Positions 10,961 through 21,077 of a stretch of DNA of 64,000 bases are shown one piece after another. Positions within the stretch are counted from its first letter, which is position 1; each line of letters starts with the position of its first letter. The position numbers and the translations under genes are program-made. Where the stretch lies: assembly GCF_006345805.1 (NCBI RefSeq), contig NC_043000.1:48670001-48734000 (forward strand). Direction: 5' to 3'. The stretch is from Octopus sinensis. Its lineage: Eukaryota. Under the pieces are notes generated by a model. The model did not search any database and was not told the DNA's origin. It saw nothing but the letters and a program-made list of their open reading frames with translations.

Positions 10961-12900
10961 GTCATATACACTCAACAGATTAAACTTTAGGAAAAGAAAA
11001 GAATCCTGACATCGGGCTGCCACAAAAAGCCTTAGATGCCCAGAACCCCTCAAGAACCCCTAATAACACTGTTTTCTGCAGCTGTACTCAACTGGGTTTT
11101 ATGCATCTTTCCCCTCTCCATCTGCTCATATCTATACTTCCTTATGTACCTATAACTACTGGGATGCATCTTACCCGCACTTTCTCCTGTCTCTGTAATT
11201 CAATAGTTAGGTCTTGGTACTTTGCTATTTTTTCTAGGCCTCTCATATTAGTTTTTTCATCATTTGGGACTGTAAAGTCAATTATCTGGCACTTTTTATT
11301 CTCTTTATCAACTACTACTAAATCTGGCTTATCTTTTATTACTCTCTCAGTCTGAATGTTATAAATTCCTACAACATCTTGTATTTCCTACTTTCTGGTA
11401 CATTACTAGGTTCATGTTCAAACCATTTATCAGCATGTTCCTAGCTTTTTATATAGCTCTCAGTGGATTGCTCTCCCTTGCTTCTCATGTCTTTTCTTCT
11501 ATTCTTTCTGAGCCAGTATGCTACATTCACTTACTATATGAATAAAGATTTCCTCTTTAGTCCTTCATTTATCCAATCTAAAAAAGCATCTAAGTAATGA
11601 TACTCTTTACTCTTTACCCTTTTACTTGTTTCAGTCATTTGACTGCGGCCATGCTGGAGCACATCGACCCTGGGACTTATTCTTTGTAAGCCTAGTACTT
11701 ATTCTATCGGTCTCTTTTGCCGAACCGCTAAGTTACGGGGACATGAAGACACCAGCATCGGTTGTCAAGCAATGTTGGGAAGACAAACACAGACACACAA
11801 ACACACACACACATATATATACATATATACGACAGGCTTCTTTCAGTTTCCGTCCACCAATCCACTCACAAGGCTTTGGTCGGCCCGACGCTATAGTAGA
11901 AGACACTTGCCCAAAGTGCCACGCAGTGGGACTGAATCCGAACCATGTGGCTGGTAAGCAAGCTACTTACCACACAGCCACTCCTGCGCCTAGTATCTAA
12001 GTAATGATACTGCCCAAGTATTTACAACCTTCACTAGATTCAGGCCATTTAGCTTTGACTTCATTAGCTTCTTCATTCTTCTTATGTACTCCTTCTCAAT
12101 TTTCGTTTTCATTTATGTAGTTAATAACTCTGTTAGATTCTAATACTCCTAGATACTTATAACTCATCTTTTCAATGGTTTTAATGTCTGGTCATTCGAT
12201 AATTGGATGCCCTCGCTGTTGACTACCTGTCCCTTTTTATGACTAATATTGCACACTTATTTATGCCAAATTCCATGCCTATAACTTTGCAGAAGAGTTT
12301 TACAGTCTGTATTAAGGAATCTATCTCTTTTTCATTCTTACTAAAAAGCTTCAGATCATCCATGTAGAGCAAATGGTTAATGTTTCCATTACTTTTTTCT
12401 GAACTGATACTCTGCTTTGCTTTCTTTAATACTAAACTGGGGGGGGGGATCAAATATAAGAAAAATATTAAAGGGAAGAACAAGTGTCTCTGGAAAATTC
12501 CTCTTTTGATATTAACTTTCCCTAAGAGTGTGCCACCTGAGGAAAGATCTATTTTTCATTTCTTCATGCTAAAGCTAATTAATTTTCTTATGTTGTGTGC
12601 TATACAGAATATACTCAAACATTCACTTACCCATAAGTGTGGGATCATGTCATAGACTTTCCTATAATCTATCCATGCTATTGTTAGATTTTTCTTCCTA
12701 GCTTTTGCCTCATTTAGAACTGTTTTTTTTCTATATATAATAGATCGTGCATTCCTCTAGCCTTCTTCCTGCAACCTATCGATTCCTCTAGTAGTAAATT
12801 CTGGTTGTCAAGGTGCTCGTAAATGCTTTCTGAAAGCATTCCTGTTAACAGCTTTCACACTAATGGTAAGCAAGTGATTGGTCTATAGTTGCTAGCTGTA
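10961..12900 (-). mobile_element. R4/Dong-like non-LTR retrotransposon relic (RT, CCHC, RLE, 3' UTR), internally deleted and SINE-interrupted
   Basis: Motifs NYRPITCLP, AWIDYRKVYD.IPH.W, KRGIFQ, NHLLYMDDLKL (catalytic YxDD), GMEFGINKC, NTWAVSLLRY, HIVSECSILAQKE and LQKTVLLG. The 3' end runs into (AAT)n. Many stops and frameshifts. Confidence 0.92.
11605..11991 (-). mobile_element. Family B SINE with 20-bp target-site duplication
   Basis: Near-complete copy from the AGGCGCAGGAGTGGCTGTGTGG head to the AAAGAGT-type tail. Flanks are AGCATCTAAGTAATGATACT (11585-11604) and AGTATCTAAGTAATGATACT (11992-12011). Confidence 0.93.
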
Positions 12901-13100
12901 TTACGGAGACTATGGAAATTGTGGGTAAAATGTATCCTAGTAGTTATAGGTGCATTGGGAACTCTTCCTAAAGATCTGAACGGATGGATAGAGGAAATAA
13001 GCATAAAACCCAATTTAGTACAACAGCAGAAAGTGTTATTAGGGACAGCTAGGATGCTTAGAGCGGTTCTTGGCATCTACGGTTTTCTAACAGTCTAGTA
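12900..13100 (+). mobile_element. Inverted 3' (RLE C-terminal) fragment of the same LINE family
   Basis: Reads LRRLW..VKCILVVIGALGTLPK...IKPNLVQQQKVLLGTARMLRAVLG and is similar at nucleotide level to the reverse complement of 11020-11190. Confidence 0.85.
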
Positions 13101-14324
13101 TGTTGTGTTTATATAAAAATAATTTCTACTAAAGGCACAAGGTCTGAAATTTTGTGGGATGGGATTAGTAGAATACACTCTTATGCAAGCATTCGAGTCA
13201 GGACTTGAAGTTGAGGCCAAGACCCTACGCCCCTTCATTAATGAAATCTATAAACAAATTTGTTGTACGCATGCCTGTTTTCCTTCTTCAAGATTATTTG
13301 AGAGATATTTGACTACTGTTTGAACAGGAATGATCAAGTAACCACGTAGAGGCCCCCTTGCTGAAACGACAGGGACTATTGGAATGAAAGTGTTTCAGTA
13401 TAGTTTTCAATTTCTCGAAACAAAGTAGATATTTTGCTATCGTATTTGAATGTAGGGGCTACTTCAACCACATAACATGACTAATTGTTTATATATAGCG
13501 TAAATATTATTCTTCAATGATAGTCAGGTTTTTCGATATACTGACAAAATTAAACATTGAAAATTTTCAGTAATAATCACTTGAGACGAGGAGGAGCATA
13601 TATATATATAGGTAACAATATCATCACATTCAGAACCTATTCAGGAATTTACTACCCAAATGAGCAGTTTCGCGGAATCTTTCTTTGAAATAAACACTGT
13701 ATACACTGTATTGTTGAAGGTTACATGATTGATTACTTTCCCTTTATGGCGAAGGCATTCACTGATGGAGAAAAAGGAGAATGTCTCATATGAATAGTTA
13801 ATATATGCAGTCTCTTCACAATTGTGTTGGGAAATAAACACATATACACAGTCGAGGAGTCCTTAGTGTATAATACGGTGAGTAATAAAATATCATCGAT
13901 AAATGAATATATTATGGGAAGATGCCGAAAATTTCATAAAATGGTATAGAAAATAGCACCTTTGATAGTCAAAGGTTTTGTTGGTTTTCTATTTCTTCCT
14001 TTGACATCTCGTAAAATAGGTGCATTTATACTATGAAAGTTCTTTTATAAAGAGCAGGAGAATGTGTATCTCTTTGGAATATTATTTTATACGTTTGTAA
14101 CATCGAAGATGAAAGTTGGGTACTTTTTATGTTCCGTAATGTTATCGGTGAAAAGTTTCTTGGCAAGTGAGTGTCATATCAAAATTTCGTTTGCAACAAC
14201 TGTATTTGAATACTTCAAATGTCTGGGTTTTATGGTTTTGCTGACATAAATAGAAATAGGAGGATAGTAGGCTTGTTCTTAAAGTTAGCCCTGTCTATTC
14301 CGTGCAACTGAAATCTATAAATGA

Positions 14325-14400
14325 CATCTGCAGTCTGCATCCAGCATCTGCAGTCTGCATCTAGTATCTGCATTCTATATTTACATTTTGCATTTACATT
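14325..14400. repeat. Short minisatellite (CATCTGCAGTCTGCATCYAG, about 2.6 copies, decaying)
   Basis: Seen directly; built from TCTGCA hexamers. Confidence 0.8.
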
Positions 14401-14436
14401 CTTGTGGAAGTAATAATGCTACAATTAAGTTTCCAC

Positions 14437-14819
14437 TATTGTTATATTTCGGAATGGTAATTTTGTTCTTGCCAAATAAACCCAAGCACTATGTATTCGT
14501 TCTTCCTTCATTTAATAGTGTTCTTACTTTACTTTATGTCTATTTTCTGGACATCTTTCTTCACACACCTTTCCATCCTAATGGACTAATCAGAACAGAA
14601 GGAAATACATGGGATAGGAGAGTCGCTGAAGAGGACACAAGAGGGTGACGAACGATTTCCTGACAAGAGACATAAGATAATAAGAACAATAATAAACGAG
14701 CGGAGAACGAATATACAGTGCGTGTGTTTATTTGGCAAGAAGGAAAATGACCGTCCCGAAGTAAAACAATATCTGTTTCAACCACGATTTCACACCAGGA
14801 ATCTTGCAAAACAAATTCA
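14437..14819 (+). mobile_element. Asymmetric inverted-repeat element, copy 1 (Penelope-like pseudo-LTR architecture suspected)
   Basis: Arms 14437-14570 and 14640-14771 are reverse complements. A right-hand extension at 14773-14819 is shared with copy 2. Hammerhead-like CTGAAGA-G-GACAC..GTGAC-GAAC at 14626-14653. Confidence 0.7.
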
Positions 14820-15118
14820 GAAAACGTTAGTTTCCAATAATTTTCGTCAAATGTATTTTATAGGGATACATATAGTACACCAGCAATATCAAAGTAAACA
14901 TGCAAACCGAGAGGATCATCATATGAATACCTTTGGGAACATAGACGTTTATACCGCAGTCTAATATATTGAAACAATTTAAAGATAAATATATGTAGAG
15001 TTACAACTGTGATGTTGTTGGTAAAACATGTTCTTTGTCTATCTCCTTATCCTGTTGGAGATTTTGGATAAAATTGTACTAATGTGTCCTTCAAATTTAA
15101 TTAAATTCTATGTTTTTC

Positions 15119-15205
15119 TGCAGCTGAAGATTGTTCTACATTTTAAATTGATGTAGTGATTGCATTGTTCAATTAAATGAAGTCGCATGAAACGATCGTA
15201 CTGCA
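15119..15205 (+). ncRNA. Type I hammerhead ribozyme motif with extended helix II
   Basis: Helix I TGCAG/CTGCA is perfect; core CTGAAGA (15124-30) and GAAA (15189-92); palindromic helix III ACGATCGT; cleavage triplet GUA at 15198-15200. The closing pair of helix II is imperfect. Confidence 0.7.
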
Positions 15206-15236
15206 TTACCTCTGGATATCCTTGTTGCTTATTTTG

Positions 15237-15286
<50 letters not shown>

Positions 15287-15315
15287 TGTGCGCACTCACT
15301 CAATCACATATTTAA

Positions 15316-15697
15316 GGACGCATGGACTAGGGGTTAGTGTGTTGCAGTCACGATCAAGAGATCGTGGTTTCAATTCCTACACCAAGTGCTGCCTTTGTTT
15401 CTTCAGTGTCTTTAAAGTATGTCAAAATTAGAGCCAAATACAACGTATGAATGATTATAATCTAAGCCACTTACAACGTTTCAATACATTTATATTTTAT
15501 TATACGCAATTATATATCTTCATGGAAAGAGAAAATAGATTCACTTACATCGATACAAGCGTGATACACCGTGCACCTCTTCAGACAACGTCAATTTGAT
15601 GGAGGGAATGAGTTAATGTGCAGCACGAACATTCGATCACTGTAAACAAATTATTCGTGCAGGTCATTCGGCAGAAGCTGAAGAGTTATACGTCGTC
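15316..15697 (+). mobile_element. Degenerate tRNA-derived SINE (family C), interrupted
   Basis: tRNA-like head GGACGCATGGACTAGGGGTTAG...GGTTTCAATTCC at 15316-15380. A probable 3' part at about 15555-15697 is followed by (CAT)n. Confidence 0.55.
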
Positions 15698-15709
15698 CAT
15701 CATCATCAT

Positions 15710-15790
<81 letters not shown>

Positions 15791-17985
15791 TATATATACA
15801 CACACACACACACGCATCCACACACTCATACACATATACATACTGAAAATCACGATTTCACGTCCCAATATTAAAAAGAACTTTATATTGTTGGGCATGT
15901 TAGCTATGTCCCAATGAAGTCTATTGATAATGAACAGTAATAGTCATAGAAATTATTTTGGAATTATAGCTTAAAAATAGCCCGTTGTATATACTAAAGG
16001 AAATGTATATCGATGTGAGTGAATCTATTTTCTGTTACCACGAAGATATGTAATTGCGTCTAATAAAATATAAATGTATTGAAACGTTGTAAGTGGGTTA
16101 GATTATAATCATTCCTATGTTTTATTTGGCTCTAATTTTGACATACTTTAAAGATACTTTGGCAATTAAATACAATGCACTTCTTTAATAAGCTAAAACT
16201 AATTTACCTCTAGCACTATTATTTTTTCTTCATTTTGTGTCTCATTCATTTTTCATAATTTTGCTCATATTTTTTCTTTCATTTCTTTCGGCAAATAGAC
16301 AACGTTAATCAGGTTATCTTACAGTTGATCATAAGGCATTTCGGTTAATATTTAATGAATACTGTATACATTTTTAGATTTCAATAAAAAATCAATATTT
16401 TACTTTTTGCCTAAACATATTTTTTAAGACATCCATTTGAGAATTTTTTTATAAATACTTCCTCTTTATTATTTATAATTTTTGCTCTGGAAATACTGTT
16501 TCTTGATTTTTGTTTTTCAAGTTCATAGCAGTAGTTTTAATTCGTGTGCTGCTTTTTGATGCAACTGTAGCGCAAACGATTCTTTCTTTGCTTGTGAACA
16601 AGCGAGAACACCAGTACCACGCATACTCATTCTGATTTTATATCCTGATAATAACGTGATTGTTCAGTTGAGTTTTGTCATTGAAAAGCCGCTCAGGGAA
16701 TCATTATCATCCTACATTCACAATCACATTACAGCTGAATAGATACGTGCTGCTGTCTGACTTGCCATGCCATTACATGGATTTTATGATTCCATCTATT
16801 TTCCTCATTTTCATGGCTTGTGATGTATTGAATAACTTTGATGTTTAAATCAATACAAAACAAAAACTTTCTGCATGCTCTGGTTAGAGAAAAAAGATTT
16901 ACAAGCATCAGATGATACATATCAGCTGGATTACTTTGATGATTGCATGCAAAAATCAAACACATATAATGAATTATCAAATACACCTTCCTTCATTTAT
17001 GCTATACAATGTCAGAACAGCAGAATTTCAAATCAACTCCAATGTATTTAAAACAATTATGTTTCATTTCTATTTACTCCGTTTCTAGGCATTCACATTA
17101 ACCTCGTTGTATTAGTAGTTGCTTGCAAAAAATCCCTCTAAGAAATTATTTTACGCATGATAATTACACCATGTACAAAATATTTTTGTGAAATCTATTA
17201 CATTACAAAAACGCTATTAGAAATCAAATATACGTATTCATATTATCAAACCCATCGCTAAAATTGGGATTAATTTCAAAATAGTCCATTATTAAGTTCT
17301 TTTATTCTCTTAGAATTGTGGTTACTGGTGGAGCTGTTATTTTATTGCTCTTCTGTTACACGATGGATTATCCTATTACTATTTCAGATACGTTCACTAC
17401 TTCATGTTACGCCTTTTGATTCTTTGGAGTAGAGATATTTCTAAAGTTACAAGAAAGCTTCAAAATATTTTCATATGTTATCTATGTGTGTTTATACTCT
17501 TTGCTGATGTGCTTCGTTTTATTCGCATAACTATCACAGAATTTACTGCAAAATTTTGCGAATATTCTTTTACAATATATTATCTCAATATATACATATG
17601 TTATTCTGTTTACATGAGAGTTTGATATAATAACCCTGGCGTTATTTTACGTAGGGGTTTTTAGCGTGAAGTTGAAGATCTACATTTTTGCAGTGAAAAA
17701 CCACACTCTATATATTTTTATTTTGTACTGATATTTAAAGATGAACGTTTGATGTTTCCATTCTGTTTTGTAGTTGGTTAGCATATGAATATGGTAATAT
17801 ACGTTGTCGATGTTATCAAACATACACATATTTATGTATTTAAATATATGTATGTGTGTGTGTTTATGTGTGCATCTGTATATATGTGTGCGATAATTTT
17901 AAACGATGTACTTATATTTCTGTTGAGCGTGCTTAACACAGTATTCCCTCTAGCCACTGTAGCTATCACTAGTATTACGTTAGCT

Positions 17986-18210
17986 AATGGGGAGAGCTCT
18001 AGAGAATTGTTATTACGCCGGGCAAAATGCATAGTAACCTCTCGTCCGTCTTTGTGTTCTGAGTTGAAATTCCGTCGAGGTTGCCTTTGCCTTTCATCCT
18101 TTCGAAGTTGATAAAAGGAGTACCAGTTGAGCACAGGGGTCGATGTAATCCAGTATACCCTCACCCCTACAAATTTCATGTCTTGTGTCTATCGTAGGAA
18201 GGAATATTAT
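17986..18210 (+). mobile_element. Family A SINE, diverged
   Basis: GAGTTGAAATTCC, GCCTTTCATCCTTTCG, GTACCAGTTG and GGGGTCGATGTAATC. Confidence 0.85.
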
Positions 18211-18257
18211 TTTAATGTTAACTATGGCCAAGTGTTTTATAAAAAATGTCAGGTTGA

Positions 18258-18296
18258 ATGACCAGTAGTTTTCATATTTGCTTCATCAGCGGTCAT
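18258..18296 (-). ncRNA. Degenerate minimal hammerhead-like motif
   Basis: Minus strand reads ATGACCG-CTGATGA-AGCAAATAT-GAAA-ACTAC-TGGTCAT. Both core boxes are intact and helix I pairs, but helices II and III are eroded. Confidence 0.4.
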
Positions 18297-18700
18297 CTCT
18301 CATTTCAAGACAACCATTACCTTGAGTCATAAGAGGACCTGGAGCCTTTTTGAAGGGCTACATTTGAGTTACTATTTTCATTATAATTCTACAATCAATT
18401 CGCAGAGTATCCGAAGCAGCAACACAATGGGTTGCTATTTCGGATATTTTCTTTGTACTTAACTGAGATTTCAATGTGTTATTGCCAGTGATAAACATTT
18501 AGTCCACAGAAAACGGATACCTAAACGCTGTTCTTTCTAGAAAAAAAAGGGGAAATAGCGATAACATGTATAACGGATAATAACAACATGTCACTTGCGC
18601 AATTTATACACTTGCTGAGCAGTGGGGCTACATCCGAAACCTGCAAACTGACCTTCTTAAACACTCATCCATGTCTCTGCCGTCATATATATATATATAT

Positions 18701-19277
18701 ATGTTGTTGTATTTCGTGATGGTCATTTTTCTTTATCAAATAAACACAAGTACTAATATTTGTTCTTCACTCATTTATTACTGTTCTTATTCTAACCCAT
18801 GTGCACGATGGCAACACCGTGGGCGAATACACAATTACAGAAAAATACAGGAACGGTACCAAATTTTCGGGTCCTAGGACAGCAGCAGCGACAACGGGGT
18901 TAGAGGATAGGGCTGAGGGGAAGAGCATACTGCTGCTAAGAGCAATGACACACACACACAAGCATACATACACGCACATACACACTGATGCAAACGCATG
19001 CGCATATAAGGATACACATCATATAAGAGCAGAATGGTGTAAGTGGAGCAAGAGCACACACAGACGAAAAGTGTCCCTGGAGAGGTCACAGAGGTGTGAC
19101 GAAAGATTTCCGGAAAATGGACATGAGTTTGAATAAAAACAGTAATAAACGAGTGAAGAACAAATAGATAGTGCGTGTATTTATTTGGCACAAAAAATGA
19201 CCGTCCCGAAATACAACAATATCTGTTTGTTGAAACGATTTCACATCAGGAGTCTTGCAACACAAGACAAATTCATA
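18701..19277 (+). mobile_element. Asymmetric inverted-repeat element, copy 2
   Basis: Arms 18701-18804 and 19119-19222 are reverse complements; extension at 19223-19277. Hammerhead-like CTGGAGA-G-GTCAC-AGAGGT-GTGAC-GAAA at 19077-19104. Flanked by (TA)n on both sides. Confidence 0.72.
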
Positions 19278-19281
19278 AACG

Positions 19282-19417
<136 letters not shown>

Positions 19418-19794
19418 GAATGTATTTTACCCTTGTTAACAATTAATACGGAAAAAATAGGATAAATAGTTACCAGGGTAGCAAAAAATCACACAAGAGG
19501 TTGTAACTCCTTGTTTTTAAAGGTAGAAACTTCGGGTTTACGTGGAATTTTTTGTATAATATAAAAATAAATAAATGGAGTAAATAAATAAATGGAGTAA
19601 AGCAATGTAACCTGAGGGGAAGGCCATACTGCAGCTAAGAACAACGACACAATGTGTATGTGTGTATGTATATATGTTTTACACCCGTTATTCTTTTGAA
19701 TGATATCAGTGAAATCTTCGAAACATGCGTCGGAAGTAAAAGTATTTGAATTATATCTGCGTTAAACTCCATTTATATATATATATATTCAAAA

Positions 19795-19990
19795 TGTGAC
19801 CGCGTGTGTACCGTTGGCGATTTTTTTCCTCTGTCTTCCCTTCTCTGGATATTTCCTTCTCCTATGTTTCCGACGAAGAGCTCCGCTCGAAACGTTAAAC
19901 CCTCCTTCTTTCCTTAGCGTCCAATAATACTATATTTGTTTCACGTCCTCGCGTTGTTGTGTTTTTTGTGCTTTCTTGTTTGGATTAACT
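19795..19990 (+). mobile_element. Short hammerhead-bearing repeat between (TA)n tracts (Penelope-like pLTR relic)
   Basis: Homologous to 34575-34745 (GTTGGCGATTTT ... CCGACGAAG ... CACGTC ... TTTGRATTRACTATA). Confidence 0.65.
19866..19900 (+). ncRNA. Minimal type I hammerhead ribozyme (U4C core variant)
   Basis: GTTT-CCGACGA-A-GAGC-TCC-GCTC-GAAA-CG-T-T-AAAC: helix I GTTT/AAAC, helix II GAGC/GCTC, palindromic helix III ACGT. Confidence 0.7.
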
Positions 19991-20014
19991 ATATATATAT
20001 ATATAATATATATA

Positions 20015-20080
<66 letters not shown>

Positions 20081-20902
20081 ATCTTTGAGTGTGTTTGTGA
20101 GTGTAGATAGTATTGGGTCAGTATACTACGCAATACTTTCTTGTAGGAGACAGAGGAGTGTGAGAAGAGAAAGACATTAAATACGAAGTTAGAATAGTGA
20201 TCGTTAGAAAAAGAATGAGGAAGATGAAAAAATTAGTTGTTAGAAATATACTGACCTGCAAGAGATCATAACTCTGATAGCAGATTTGTGGTAACGTAGA
20301 TGATGGAAGGAAAGTTAAAGACAGTCATTGTTATGTTTTATTAGAAAATCAAAATCGTGAGTGTGGTGTGCAGATGAGTTGAATAGAGTAACGAAAGGGT
20401 GTGAGTGCATGAGAGCTATGAGAAAGGTTATATCGATGGTGCTAGAATAGTTGACTTTTAGATAGAAAACAAAAATGGCGAAGGAAAGGAAAAGACTATT
20501 GTTTGAAACATGAAATTTTCATTAACGATAATGCGCTATTGTTAGAAAACGTAAGTGGTTCTATAAAGTGATTTAATGATTGCTAATTTATATTTGTTTG
20601 GCTACTGCTTTCATAACTGATATACACATATACCCCCTCTAATCTGCTCCGTCATTTATTAATGTTCATGTTCATATACTGATTGCTTTATGATTATATA
20701 AGATACGGTTACACTCATTCGTTTTCCATACACTTGTTAACACCCACCAGGCTGGTTAATCTTTTTTTTTTTGTTCTCGGGTGAAGGTCTTTATATTGAC
20801 CCTTTCTCAAAAATTCCCTGACTAATAATTTTTGTTGAAAGGTTAGTGCAATGCTAACATCGTTTATTGAATACGTATTTCTTTCATTATTTTGTTGCAA
20901 CT

Positions 20903-21077
20903 AAAGGCGGTGAGCTGGCAGAATTGTTAGCACGCCAGGCAAAATGATTGGCTGCATTTTGTCCATCTTAACGTTCTGAGTTCAAATTTCGTACCAGTCA
21001 AGCACTGGAAATTTTGGGGGAAGCACTGGTTTTCCCCACAAATTTCAGGCTTTGAGCTTATAATAGATATGGTTATT
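20903..21077 (+). mobile_element. Family A SINE with central domain deleted
   Basis: The AAAGGCGGTGAGCTGGCAGAATTGTTAGCACGCC head and B box are joined directly to TACCAGT. Confidence 0.8.

Noticed and set aside
11626-12000. 124-aa ORF MFQSFDCGHAGA and similar ORFs at 2545, 9675, 17785, 34293 and 41596
   Set aside because: They lie within high-copy SINEs; the open frames are incidental.
15716-15800. Recurrent AA/TT phase slips inside (TA)n tracts throughout the window
   Set aside because: Most simply explained by single-base indel errors or slippage in long dinucleotide tracts.
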